Shown: positions 46,305-62,677 of the stretch, one piece after another
How the letters are laid out: each line of letters begins with the position of its first letter
How positions within the stretch are numbered: position 1 is the first letter of the stretch
NCBI RefSeq assembly: GCF_009914755.1
Contig: NC_060947.1
Direction: 5' to 3' (one strand)
Source of the DNA: the human T2T-CHM13v2.0 reference genome, Homo sapiens
DNA length: 64,000 nt
The notes under the pieces: model-generated
What the model saw: only the letters and a program-made list of their open reading frames with translations
What the model was told of the DNA's origin: nothing
Database searches by the model: none
Position numbers and translations under genes: made by a program

Positions 46305-46529
46305 ATCTACTAACTCTTTTTTTCTGACATACCTTTTTGGGTGGGAAAGACAGTGGACTGTAGACATTTGTTACCTTCAGTACATCCATGGGAGTATGAT
46401 ATATGTCATTTGTGTCACGGTAGAATAAAGGTTGATAATTGTCATAAAACATGCACCTGACTAGTTGATTGACTGTGACACAAGGTGGCTTCAAGAAGGG
46501 ATGACAGCTCAGTAAAGAAAGGGCTCCTG

Positions 46530-46984
<455 letters not shown>

Positions 46985-47390
46985 TTAAGAAGAGTTTCCT
47001 TTTTGTGTAAATACAGGGAAACTTTTTCTTTTCTTTCTTTATTAAGATAGGTGAAGCAGCTCAATGTCAACTTCCAGAATGGTAGAGTAAGAACCTCTGA
47101 AAATTCGCTCCTCATAAAAGCAAGGAGAACACTAGAAAAAAAGCTGTCAGAAACAACTTTTCAGGACTCTGGAAATTAAAACTTGCAACAATCTTAGGAA
47201 TGTTTATTCAAGAAAAATGGCTAAATCTTGGTAAGAACAACAAATATTGTAGCCTCTTAACCTATCTTAATCCCATACCTCTCTCCCCAGCTCCACAGTA
47301 GCCTTAAATGCCTTAAAAACTGTAACTACAATGGCTGGGAAATCCAGCAGCCTAGCATCCACTGAAGAGGGCGAAAGAGGTTTGGAGTTG

Positions 47391-47742
<352 letters not shown>

Positions 47743-48470
47743 TTATTGCTATTTAACATGTCTGACAGTTCACTAAAAAGTTCCATTCTCAGGCCTCATT
47801 TTAATTTGGCATGAGTCAGAGCCTTCTCTGTACAAAAGCCTACTCTGTGCAAATACCCTGTAGGGTATTTGTAAAAACAATAATTGGCAGTTGCATAACA
47901 TCACAGCTGCCTAAGGTGGTGTTACTAGTTGGAGCCAACAAGAGACTGATCAAAAAATGTAAAAGAAAAAACTGAGGAATTAGATGTTCATAAGGGGCTT
48001 TGAGGAGCTCTGACATATTCCAGGGAACCTAAGAGGTCATGTGAATGTGCTGGTCTGTGTGCATGGTCCAGGAAAGACCTCAAAGAGCCCTACACTTAAA
48101 ACCTAATACGATGTATGTGAGAAAAAGAAAACTAAACTCTCACCTCTGGCTGATCTTGAGGCTCTGCACAAGCAGGAAGAGAAGGCTAAGGCAGAGGTGC
48201 AAACCTGCCTGCTGAAACATTCAAAGCATATTCCAACACATATATGGAGCCCTTCAGCAAAGGCTGGGAGACTTATTGGTTCAAGACATTTAAGAGAAAC
48301 TTCATTCCATTAATAGCTGACCACTATGGTAATTAAGCAGGGACTTCAGTGGCTATACACAACAAAGAATACAGATTTTATAGAATTAGTCCAGGAAAGT
48401 TACTAAACACATTACAAATCAATACCTCTTATGACTATAGATGCAAAAATCCTTTAAAAAATACTAGCAT

Positions 48471-48785
<315 letters not shown>

Positions 48786-49042
48786 AAATACTGGCAAACT
48801 GGCAAACTGAATCCAACAACATATAAAAAGAATTATATACCATGGCCAAGTGGACTTTATCACAAGAATGCAAGATTGTTTAACATACAAAAATCAACCA
48901 ATATAACATACCATATTAATAAAATATAGGACAAAAACCACATGATTACATCAATAGATGTTGAAGTACCATTGAGAAAATCCAGCACACTTTCATGATA
49001 AAAACACTCAAGAAACTGGGAATAGAAGAGATCTTAACCTGA

Positions 49043-49529
49043 TGTTAGATATGAGTTCTACATTTCTTTTCAAAGAATATGTCAGTATGTTCAATTCTTT
49101 GCCTTCTACTTTTAAACTTAACTTCCTCGTAAAGCAACCTTTTCCGATTACCTACTCCACCCTGACTCATTCTGATCACCTGCTCCACCCTAACTCATTA
49201 CGATCACCTGCTCCACCCTAACTCATTCGGATTACCTGCTACCTGCTCTGCCCTGACTCCCACCAAAGCACTCACCCCGTCATTCTCTTTAAATTAGCCA
49301 ATCGGAATTAGTTTAGCCTGTGCAGTCTAACCTTAGCCAATAGGGGAAGGGGCCACATGCATCAGGGATAAGAACCCCTTCCCCTCCCTTGTCCAAGTGT
49401 GCACTCACCATTGCTCCATCTGTAAGGGTGCACCCTTCTATAGAAGTAACTTGCCTTGCTGAGAATTAAAAAGAAAATTTTATACTCAAGTGCTATTTCT
49501 TTTGTGGCACTGAAACTTTATATATAACA
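49043..49529 (+). mobile_element. LTR10 (LTR10F-like, HERV-I/IP) solo LTR with 28-bp internal VNTR
   Basis: tgttagatatgagttct...tatataaca; TSD ctga; three ctccaccct(g/a)actcatt units. Confidence 0.85.
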
Positions 49530-50046
49530 CTGAGAAAGGGCATCTACAAAAATTCACAGTGAATATCATACTTAATGATTGAAGACTAAATTCTTTCCCT
49601 GTAAAATCAGGAAAAAGGCAAAGATGTCCTTTCTCACCACTTTTATTCCATATTGTAATGGAGGTTATAGCCCTGTCAATTAGACGAGAAAAACAAATAA
49701 AAGACATACAGATCAGAAAGGAAGAAGTAAAACTATCTATATTCACAGATGACAAGGTCTTATATAGAGAAGATCATAAGGAATTGACACCAAAATTATT
49801 GGAACTAATAAATAAGTTCAGCAAGGTACAAGACCAGTATACAAAATCATTTGTACTTCAATATACTCACAATGTATAATTTGACAATGAAATTAAGGGA
49901 ACAATCATATTTAGAATAGCATCAAAAAGAATAAAAATGTCTCTGCTGAGAAGAGGACCCAGAAAAAAAAAGAATAAATAGGAATAAATTTAACAAAAGA
50001 GGTTACAACATAAAATACAATATAAAAATAAAAAGACAAATGACCC

Positions 50047-51945
50047 GAGCCTGGATAACGTCTCAAGACCTCATCTCTGCTCTTGCTCTCCCTCTCCCTC
50101 TCCCTCTCCCTCTCCCTCTCCCTCTCCCTCTCCCTACGGTCTCCCTCTCTTTCCACGGTCTCCCTCTCATGCGGAGCCGAAGCTGGACTGTACTGCTGCC
50201 ATCTCGGCTCACTGCAACCTCCCTGCCTGATTCTCCTGCCTCAGCCTGCCGAGTGCCTGTGATTGCAGGCACGCGCCGCCACGCCTGACTGGTTTTGGTG
50301 GAGACGGGGTTTCGCTGTGTTGGCCGGGCCGGTCTCCAGCCCCTAACCACGAGTGATCCGCCAGCCTCGGCCTCCCGAGGTGCCGGGATTGCAGACGGAG
50401 TCTCGTTCACTCAGTGCTCAATGGTGCCCAGGCTGGAGTGCAGTGGCGTGATCTCGGCTCACTACAACCTACACCTCCCAGCCGCCTGCCTTGGCCTCCC
50501 AAAGTGCCGAGATTGCAGCCTCTGCCCGGCCACCACCCCGTCTGGGAAGTGAGGAGTGTCTCTGCCTGGCCGCCCATCGTCTGGGATGTGAGGAGCCCCT
50601 CTGCCTGGCTGCCTAGTCTTCAAAGTGAGGAGCGTCTCCGCCCGGCCGCCATCCCATCTAGGAAGTGAGGAGCGCCTCTTCCCGGCCGCCATCACATCTA
50701 GGAAGTGAGGAGCATCTCTGCCCGGCCGCCCATCGTCTGAGATGTGGGGAGCGCCTCTGCCCCGCCACCCCATCTGGGATGTGAGGAGCGCCTCTGCCCG
50801 GCCGTGACCCCGTCTGGGAGGTGAGGAGCGTCTTTGCCCGGCCGCCCCATCTGAGAAGTGAGGAGACCCTCTGCCTGGCAACCACCCCTTCTGAGAAGTG
50901 AGGAGCCCCTCCGCCCGGCAGCTGCCCCGTCTGAGAAGTGAGGAGCCTCTCCGCCCGGCAGCCACCCCATCTGGGAAGTGAGGAGCGTCTCCGCCCGGCA
51001 GCCACCCCGTCCGGGAGGGAGGTGGGGGGGGTCAGCCCCCCGCCCGGCCAGCCGCCCCGTCTGGGAGGGAGGTGGGGGGTCAGCCCCCCGCCCGGCCAGC
51101 CGCCCCGTCCGGGAGGGAGGTTGGGGGGTCAGCCCCCCGCCCGGCCAGCTGCCCCGTCTGGGAGGGAGGTGGGAGGGTCAGCCCCCCGCCCGGCCAGCCG
51201 CCCCGTCCGGGAGGTGAGGGGCACCTCTGCCCGGCCGCCCCTACTGGGAAGTGAGGAGCCCCTCTGCCCGGCCAGCCGCCCCGTCCGGGAGGGAGGTGGG
51301 GGGGTCAGCCCCCTGCCCGGCCAGCCGCTCCGTCCCGGAGGTGAGGGGCGCCTCTGCCCGGCTGCCCCTACTGGGAAGTGAGGAGCCCCTCTGCCCGGCC
51401 ACCACCCCGTCTGGGAGGTGTGCCCAACAGCTCATTGAGAACGGGCCAGGATGACAATGGCGGCTTTGTGGAATAGAAAGGCAGGAAAGGTGGGGAAAAG
51501 ATTGAGAAATCAGTTGGTTGCCGTATCTGTGTAGAAAGAAGTAGACATGGGAGACTTTTCATTTTGTTCTGCACTAAGAAAAATTCTTCTGCCTTGGGAT
51601 CTTGTTGATCTGTGACCTTACCCCCAACCCTGTGCTCTCTGAAACATGTGCTGTGTCCACTCAGGGTTAAATGGATTAAGGGCGGTGCAAGATGTGCTTT
51701 GTTAAACAGATGCTTGAAGGCAGCATGCTCGTTAAGAGTCATCACCACTCCCTAATCTCAAGTAATCAGGGACACAAACACTGCGGAAGGCCACAGGGTC
51801 CTCTGCCTAGGAAAACCAGAGACCTTTGTTCACTTGTTTATCTGCTGACCTTCCCTCCACTATTGTCCCATGACCCTGCCAAATCCCCCTCTGTGAGAAA
51901 CACCCAAGAATTATCAATAAAAAAATAAATTAAAAAAAAAAAAAA
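50047..51945 (+). mobile_element. Full-length SVA (SVA_D-like)
   Basis: (CCCTCT)n hexamer, Alu-like domain, GC-rich VNTR ~50520-51420, SINE-R, AATAAA and poly-A; 16-bp TSD aaaagacaaatgaccc. Confidence 0.97.
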
Positions 51946-52331
51946 AGACAAATGACCCAATTACAAATTGGGCAAAAGTTTGAGTAGACATTTCTCCAAA
52001 GACATATAGGCCAATAAACACATATCATTAGTCATTAGACAAATAAAAATCAAAACCATGATGAGATATCACCTCATACCCACTAGGATGGCTATAATCA
52101 AAAGGACAGATAAGAACAAGTGTTGACAAGGATGGGGAAAAGTTAGAACCCTCATACGTTGCTGGTGGAAATATAAAATGGTGTAGCCACAGTGAAAAAC
52201 AGTCTGGCAGTTCCTCAAAAGTGAATCACAGAGTTATCACATGACCCAGCTATTCCACACCTACTTATTTCCCCAAAAGAACTGAAAACATGTCCACACA
52301 AAAACTTGTACATGAATGTCTATTACAGCAT

Positions 52332-52788
<457 letters not shown>

Positions 52789-53254
52789 CTACTTTGAAAA
52801 TGATTCGGAGAGGAAGTAGCAAAGGTGACATGCCTGCTAAAGGGGAGGAAGTTAAAGGAAAAGATGGCCTCAGGGCCAACTTCATGAGTGTGCCACCTGT
52901 GCAGTCACACAGGGCTTCATACTCTAAGGGGTCTTGTGCTTGGTTTAATGCCTTGCTGTTGCTGTCTCGAAGTTCTTAGTAATTTAATCTTCAAACTTGT
53001 ATCTTGTAAGTGAAGTCTGATGGAACAATGGAGCATGAGCATAAGCAGACAAGATATGAGCAGGATGTGTGTCCACTAGTTCTTGTTGCCTTATTCACAT
53101 AGAACATTTTAATACCTCATGAGCACAGAACTCCAGTGGAACCATGATGCACCAAGAGTTCGCTGACACTAAAAGTGAATCAACTTAAGGGTGTTACTTC
53201 TACAGCTGAGTAAGTAAGGGCACTGACAGTGCAAAAAGCCATGTTACCATTTGA

Positions 53255-54022
<768 letters not shown>

Positions 54023-55519
54023 TCATAGTTCCTTTTCCTTTCAGTTTAACCTTATTCATCAGTAAGCCAAAGGTAGGGAGTGTTGGTAGCATGTGTGCAT
54101 ATCAAGATGTGAAATAAAAGTATTTGGCTTTGTTCTGTGTAGTGTTTTCCACTGTTCTGGTAAGAATGAAATACATATCCGTGTGACCTACAAAATACTA
54201 ATTGCATAATTTTGGTGATTCTGCATATGGGTTAAATGCTCTTATATTTTGATTTAAAAGTAGCACTGGGTAACATAAAAATAAATGACCCAATTCATGC
54301 TAATAATTCAAATTTTTAACTTTTCTTTACTTAGAACCACATTAGCAAATAAAAGACATAATGACTAGTTGTGAAAAAGAGATCACGGAAGAAAGGATAA
54401 AGCTTCACATTTTATTACCGCTAATGTACTTTGTTACTGCGTTTTGAACAAGGAGTCCTGCATTTTTATTTTGCACTGGGCCCTGCAATTTATGTAATTG
54501 GAGATTGCCTTGATATCTGCATTTGTGGTTTTCAAAAAGTCTGCCACTTCACAAGCCCACACTTTATGTTGGAGTCATTGTGTGGGTGTAAATTGTGTGA
54601 GTAGGTGTGTGTTAGCAGGGTTGGAGTGAGGAGGGGAAAGCGCTGGAGAGCAGGCGACAGTGGCAAGACCAAATTAAGAGCACACAGATTTCAGAAAAGG
54701 AAGTGGTCATTGGATTCTCTGAAGGGCTCACAGTATTAAAGTCACAGGAACAATGCTGAGATATTATCATGTTAAATTTTCCAAGTCAAATGGTGAAGAG
54801 ATGGAGGTCGGGGGAGGAGTTTCAGCTTCACCATGGCAGCAAAAAGGTTTTCAGAAGCCTGCGTGAAGCAGTTCTCTCTCAGAACTAAATGTACAGAATG
54901 TAAAAGACAACCAGAATTGGTTGTAAATGTCATTTGTTGTGAGATGGAAAGTAATCTCAAGATTTTTCCCATATTTAACCCTTGGCATTTTTGTGAAAAA
55001 GAGTTGCTGCCTCCCAGTGCCCATGCAGTGAATGTTTTCAAACATACCACCTCTCATTGCATAAAATGAGGTTTGGATTATTTTATCCCTATTTCTTAAC
55101 ATCTACTTGAGGAGCTCAAGCATTTAATATATATTATCCTGCAATAAGTAAAAAATATTTTGAAGATACAAAATTGTGGCTCAGTAAAATTGAGTAGTTT
55201 GCTCAATGTCACACAAAAGGCTGAAGAAGAACCCAAATCTTTTGCTTCTTGATATAATGAATGGGATGCTGGATCCTATTCCCTTACTCTGTAAAGACAG
55301 AACATGATTTTCTAATTTGGTGTTGGTTATGTGCTTTTGTGGGCAGGAAGGAATGATGAGTCATTTTAGACTAAGAGCTACTTCCGGTATTGTTAAGGTC
55401 AGCTGATTAGACATTTTAGTTTCACCTCCCACCATAATTATCTTTTGCCATGTAATATAACATAGTCATCGATTCTATGACTCAGACATATTTGGGGAGC
55501 CATTATTATGCCTACAGCG

Positions 55520-57380
55520 TACATCAATCAAAAATGGAGAAATATACAACTCAACAATAAAGTTTTAGACTTCAATATTGGGCTCTCAATAATTGATAGA
55601 ATGATTAGACAGAAAATCAGCCAGGATATATAAGACTTCTGTGCCTTATATGTATTTCTATACATATATCAAACAACTTGACCTAACTAACATCTATATA
55701 ACACTCCACCAAACAACATAATACACACATACATATTCTTGCTTTGTGCAAGACCAACTGAGATTTATCCCAGGAATGCAAAGTTAGTTTAAAGCCAAAA
55801 TTCAATTATCATAATAGATACAGAACAGGCATTTCACAAAATTCAATACCTTTTTATGATAAAAACGCTCAACAAAGTTGTAGTAGAAGGGAACTTCCTC
55901 AATCTGAGAAAGGGCATCTATGAAACACCTACAGTTACCATCGTCATCCTATTTCATGGTGAAAGACTGAATGCTTTTCCCCCAAAATCAGAAACAAGGA
56001 AAGGGTGTCCATCTCACCAATTCTACTCCACATTGCACTGGAGGTCTGGCCAGTACATAATTAATCATGTAATTAAAAAGAAGTAGAAAGCATTCAGCTA
56101 GAACGGAAGAAGTAAAACTTCACAAATGATCTAATCCTGTTTATAGAAAATCCTAAGGAGCTCCTGAAACACTTATTAGAACTGATAAACAAGTTCAGCG
56201 AGGTTGCAAAAGACGATACCAATATATGAAGATCAATTGTATTTATAGATGTATATATAAAGAATGAACAATCCAAAAGTGAAATTAAGAAAATAATTCC
56301 ATCCAAAAGATTACCAAAAAGAATAAAAATTTTGGAATACATTTAACAAAAGAATTGCAAGACATATGCAATGAAAATTATAAAACATTGTTGAGGGAAA
56401 TTAAAGAAAATTTAAATAAATGGAGAAGGTCCATGTTCATGAATTGGAAAAATTCTTATTCTTAAAATGGCAATTATTCCAAATTAATCAGTAGATTCAG
56501 TGCAGTCCCCATCAAAATTCCATAAGCCTTTCTCTTTCTCTCAATTTCTCTCACAAAAATTCATGAGCTGATCCTAAAATTTGTATGAAAAACCAAAAGA
56601 CACAGAAGAGCTAAAATGATTTTTTAATAGAAATGTCGTGGACTTTCACTTTGCAATTTTAAAAACTTACTATAAAGCTATAGCAATCAAGACAAATCAA
56701 AAAATAAACAATAAGAAATGTTGGCAAGGATGTGGATAAACAAGAACTTTCATTTCCAAAGTGGTGTAGCCACTTTGGAAAATGGTTTGGCAGTTTCTTT
56801 AAAAGTTAAGTATACTTTTCCCATACTACCTATCAATTCCACTCCTTGGTATCTATCCAAGCTAAATGAAAACATTTGTCCACACAAAAAACTCGTACAC
56901 CAATATTCATAGCAGAAGCATCCATAAAAGCCAAAACACGGAAGCAAACCAAGTGTCCACTGATGAATGAATGGATAAACAAAATGTGGTATAGCCAAAC
57001 AATAGAATATTTTTGGCAATAAAAAGAAATAAAGTAATGATACATGCCACAACATGGAAGAGTCTCAGAAACATACTATGTGTAAGAAGCCAGACACAAA
57101 AGACCACATATTGTATGATTCTTTTTATATGGAATGTCAAAAAAAGAAAAAGCAAATCTATAGAGACAGAAAGTAGATTAGTGGTTGCCTGGGACTGGAA
57201 GTAAGAATGGGAAATGACTAGAAATGGGCACAAGATTTCCTTTCAGGGCAATGAAAATATTCTAAAAGTGGGTGGTGGGAGTAATTGCACAACTCAGTAC
57301 ATTTACTAAAAATCATTGAATTGTGTACTTAAAGTGGATTAATTGTATGGCATATAAATTATATCTTAATAAGTTTAGTT
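55520..57380 (+). mobile_element. Old L1M (deleted ORF2 plus 3' end)
   Basis: ORF 55856..56086 is L1-like (MIKTLNKVVVEGNFLNLRKGIYE...GERLNAFP); L1MB/MC-type 3' UTR. Confidence 0.8.
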
Positions 57381-57849
57381 AATAATTCTAATAGAAATCA
57401 AATTCTCCATTTAGGCACAGAACACACTTCAGTTACTTTAGAGTATTGGCTAGTGGTTGCTGCCCATAAGGCAAGGCCCTTAGAGGCATCTTTTTTATAT
57501 AAAGGTAATAACTATAATAGCATTTCTTGAGTTCTTACTATAAGTCATACGCTATCTTAAGCACTTGAAATGCATTTGTTCTTTTAATGCTCATAATAAA
57601 TTTATGAGTTAAGTAACTTGTTCAAAGTCACACAGGTGGCCAAACCAAGATTCAAGTGTATGTCTGCCTGACTCTAGTTTTTGCTCTATATTCTCACATT
57701 CTTGAGTTCTTACGTGAAACCAGAAAAAAGAAGAAAAAAATCACCACCTTTAAAGAGGTCTAGAAGACCTGATACCTGCTTAACAAAATGGCGTAATAGC
57801 AATTATGATCACAGACTTCAAGACAAAGAAAATGAATTAGTCTCTAATG

Positions 57850-58350
57850 CTGTGTAAAAAAGGATCACTGCAGACTTAGTGGCTTAAAACAACAATAAAC
57901 ATTTAATATCTTCCACAGTTTCCAGGCATCAAGAATCTGGGGACAGCTTGGCTCAATGGTTCCAGTTCTGGTTTCTCATGAGGTTGTACTCAAGATACCA
58001 GCCAGGGCTGCAGTCAAATAAAGGCTCAACTAGGGCTGGAGCATCTGCTTCCAAGGTGGCTCACTCACACGCCTAGGAGGTTGGTGCTGACTGTTGGTGG
58101 GAGGCCTTAGTTCCTCTCTCCATATGGTCCTCTCTACAGGGCTGTGTATGTGTCCCCATGACAAGGTTACTAGCTTCTTCCAGAGCAAACTGTCCAAGAG
58201 CCCAAGGTGGTAGCTAGGCTGTCTTTTATGATCTAACCTCAGAGGTCACACATCTGCAATGTCCTATTCAGTATAGGAAGGATCTACACAAGGACTTGAA
58301 TGTCAAGAGGCAAGGATCATTACAGTCCTCCTTGGAGGTTGGCTGACACA
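57850..58350 (-). mobile_element. MLT1 (F/G/H-like) LTR
   Basis: cttagtggcttaaaacaacaataaacattt...cagggctgcagtc pattern. Confidence 0.75.
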
Positions 58351-58758
58351 GCAAATGTTTAGCTCACTCTGCTAGGGCTGGGAGAGCTGGAACTGTCAAG
58401 CATTTCATACCACATTTACCAGAGACATACACATGACAGTCCAAATAAAAAATACTCTAAAGTCATGGACAGCCACCTGTCTCTTTGGGCTGCAGCCCTG
58501 CTCTGCTCACTGCACATAGCAGTCCTAGTGGACTCAGATGGTAAATGGGGAGCCAAAAATGTGGCTTTTGGTGCCTCTACAGGCCCCTCATCCTGTCCAT
58601 CTGATTTCCTATCCTGGACATATCTCTTTGCACATCCCACATCCCCTACTTCTTATCGAAATGGGCCTGGTCCTATATTTCATCTTCTTAAATCTTTCGT
58701 TTCATCTAGAGCTTGTAAAGCTCTAAGTCTGGAATACTAATTCAAGGTAGTGGGTTAG

Positions 58759-59097
<339 letters not shown>

Positions 59098-60534
59098 CTA
59101 AAGCTTTAACCCCCCAAAATGGATGCATATGGGAGTTTTGTCATTTGCAGGCAGAGAGGAAGCATTTCTGTTTCTTTAAATCATATCAAGTTGACTCAAA
59201 CCATAGATTCATGCATTTATTCATTCAATCAGTCAGCCAACCAGCATTTATTGAGTGCCTACTATGTACCAGGCACTTTCCTAGGTACTATATAAAACTC
59301 ATCTTGCATACTATGAATGAATGGCAGCAAAACATGTTATAGGTTCCACAGCTGCAGAGTGTAGAAAGATCAAATGTAGCGCTCCTTCCTAAGGTTCCAA
59401 GGGAAGATACAGAGTCATCTTCAAGTAGAGCACTCTATGATATGCATACATTACTACTGGAAAGGTACATTTGTTAGCATCTCAGCCATACCTAGGAAAA
59501 TCTTGTCAGCCAAAAAAAAAAAAAAAAAATCAAATTAGTTCCTCTGAGTGCAGCTTTTTAAAAGTACATTTAAAATACCACCCCCATGAAAACTTCAAAA
59601 GGTACATTTATGAACCCTATGAATATGAAAATATAATTCCCATCTAAGAGTTGATATTGTGCTTAAAATAAGGCAGCTAACAAATGTTGCCTCCTGAATA
59701 ATTAGATATTACAAGTGCTAAGAGCTGTCAGGACAGGGTACCATAGTTATAGAAACCAGATAATTAAAATTGTCTTAGATTCCTCAGCAACTTGTCTTTT
59801 CCTCATTAACAAAGAGAAGTAGAGGAACAGATCATTTATACAATCAACAAAAGCTCCTTAATGCTCACTCTGTACAGTAACTAACTGTGCTGGAATTTGG
59901 AAAGCAGAGGTGGACAAAAAGACAGAGTCCAACGTCACTGAGCTTAAAATGCAGTAGGAAGGCATGAATCAAATAAATATTTCAGAAATGTATTCACAAG
60001 GGCAATGAGTGTAAGAAGGAAAAGATGGTCCAAAAATAATTTATGCTACCATGCACTTCAAAAACAACATTTTATGACCAAGACTGTGCTCCTATTTTAG
60101 CATACAGGGAAGCAGTATAACATATTCATCTTGGAAAGTAAGTTCTAAAGTCTCACTACTTGAGTTCCAATTCCAGCTCCACCACTTAGAAGCTGCAAGA
60201 CCTTGGGTAGTCTAAATGCTCTCTCTAAGCTCCAGTTTCCTCATCTGAAAATAAAGCCTTCTTTAAGGTGCCCTTGTGATAATTGAGATGATATCTGTCA
60301 AATCATACTGCCCGACATACAACGAATATCTATAATTTTATTAACCATGGCTTATTTAAGGTAATATTAAAATTACTTTCCATTCCTTGAAGAAACATTA
60401 GCATTATAAAAGAAGGTTTGGGTTTATATTTTCTCCACGTATTTATTCAACCGTTTATTTATATCTTTGACATTTTTCTTGCCAAAGCTAAGGAGAATAT
60501 AGAATACCACTTTATTTTTGTTGTTGTTTTGTTT

Positions 60535-62009
60535 TTCAAATGTATTTATTTTTAAATTGACATATAAAATTGTATGTATTTATCATGTAGAAAATAATGT
60601 TTCAAAGTGCATATACATTGTAAAATGGTTAACTCTAATCTAGCTAATTAATAAATGCATTACCTCACATAGTTGTCATTTTGTGGTAAGAACACTTAAC
60701 ATCTACTCTCTTAGCATTTTTCAAAAATATAATATATCATTATTAATTATAGTCACCATACTATACAATAGATCTCTTGAACTTATTCCTCCTAGCTAAT
60801 AGTAATTATGTATACTTTCACCAACATCTCCCGAACTCCCCTCCCCGCAACCACCCTAGCTTCTGGTAGCTGCCATTCTTCTTTTTAATTCTATGAGATC
60901 AACTTTTTTAGATTCCACATATGAGTGAGAATATGTGGTATTTGTCTTGCTATGCCTGGCTTATTTCACTTAACATAATGTCTTCCAGGATCATCCATTT
61001 TGCTGCAAACAACAGAATTTCCTTCTTTTTTGTAACTGAACAGTATTCCACTGTGTATATGTACCACGTTTTCTTTATTCATTCATCCATTGATGGACTC
61101 TTAGGTTGACTTAACATCATGGCTATTATAAACAGTGCTGCAATCAACACGGGGGCACAGATATCTCTACAACATACTGATTTTATTTCCTTTGGATATA
61201 CACCCAGTAGTGGGATTGCTGGACCCTATGGTAGTTGTATTTTTAATTTCTTCAGAAACCCCCATAATGTTTTCCAAAATGGTTGTACGAATTTATATTC
61301 CCACCAAGAGCATGCAAGGGTTTCTTTTTCTCCACATCCTTTCTAAAAGTTGTCCTTTTGAAAATAGCCACTCTAACGGGTGTGAGCTTATCTCATTGTG
61401 GATTTGATTTTCATTTTCCTGATGATTAGTGATGTTGAGCATTTTTTCATATACCTGTTGGTCATTTGTATGTTTTCTTTTGAAAAATGCGTATTTAAGT
61501 GATATGGTTTGGCTGTGTCCCCACCCAAATCTCATCTTGTAGTTCCCATAATCCCCATGTGTTGTGGGAGGGACCTGGTGGGAGGTAATTGAATCATGGG
61601 GGCGATTACCCCCATGCTGTTCTCGTGATAGTGAGTTCTCACGAGATCTGATGATTTTATAAGGGGCTTTTTCACTTTTGCTCAGCACATCTCCTTCCTG
61701 CTGCCCTGTGAAGAAGGTGCCTTTCTTCCCCTTTGCCTTCTGCCATGATGGTAAGCTTCCTGAGGCCTTTCCAGCCATGCATAACTTGAGTCAATTAAAC
61801 CTCTTTTCTTTATAAATTACCCAGTCTTGGGTATTTCTTCATGGCAGTGTGAGAATGGACTAATACATTAGGTCTTTTGCTCATTTTAAAAATCAGATTT
61901 CTTGTATTTTCGCTATTGATTTGTTAGAGTTCCCTACAATTTTGGTTATTAACCCCTTATAAGATGTATGGTTTGCAAATATTTTCCCCGTTCTTTAGGT
62001 TGTATCTTC
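60535..62009 (-). mobile_element. L1MA 3' end, interrupted by THE1
   Basis: Reverse L1MA 3' UTR and ORF2 end (gagatcaactttttagattccacatatgagtgag). Confidence 0.88.
61500..61867 (+). mobile_element. THE1 (C/D-like) solo LTR
   Basis: tgatatggtttggctgtgtccccacccaaatctc...ggactaataca; near-TSD ttaag/ttagg. Confidence 0.93.
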
Positions 62010-62677
62010 TGTAAATCAAAAAGTATCTGAGACAGGTCTCAATCAATTTAGAGGTTTATTTTGCCAAGATTAAGGATCATGGCCCATGACACAGCTTCAG
62101 GGGGTCCTGAGAATATGTGCCCAAGATGGTAGGATTATAAGGTGATTTTATACATTTTGGGGAGACAGAAGTCATAGGCAAAGACATAAATCAATATAGG
62201 CAAGGTATACATTGGTTCTGCCCACAAAGGTGGGACATCTCAAAGCAGGGGATCTTCTAAGTCATAGGTACATTCAAAGGTTTTCCTGATTAGCAAATTG
62301 GTTGAAGGAGTTAATCTCTGCCTGAAGAGTTAAAGTCAACTTGACTTAAGGTAAGGAGGTGGTTGTGGAATCCAAGATTCTTGTGATATAGATGAAGGTT
62401 CCAGGTAGCAGGCTACAGAGAGACTAGGTGGTGAATGTTTCTTATTGGACCTTAAAAGGTGTCAGACTCTTAGTTAATTCTCTCCTGGAACAGGAAAAGA
62501 CCTGGAAAGGGAAGGGCATTCTCTACAGAATGTAGATTTCCCCCACAAGAGATGGTTTTGCAGGGCCATTTCAAAATATGTCAAAGAAACATATTTTAGG
62601 ATAGAATACTTTGATTTCCTTTAGGGCCTGTTATCTGTCATGTGATGTTATACTAGAGTAAGGTTGGAGTTAGTATC
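62010..62677 (-). mobile_element. MER4-family LTR, interrupted by the ACTB retrocopy
   Basis: tgtaaatcaaaaagtatctgagacaggtctcaatcaatttagaggtttattttgccaag. Confidence 0.8.

Noticed and set aside
50040-51928. Overlapping 60-170 aa Pro/Gly/Arg-rich ORFs and tandem repeats that could resemble a CRISPR array
   Set aside because: SVA hexamer and VNTR; the units are contiguous with no unique spacers.
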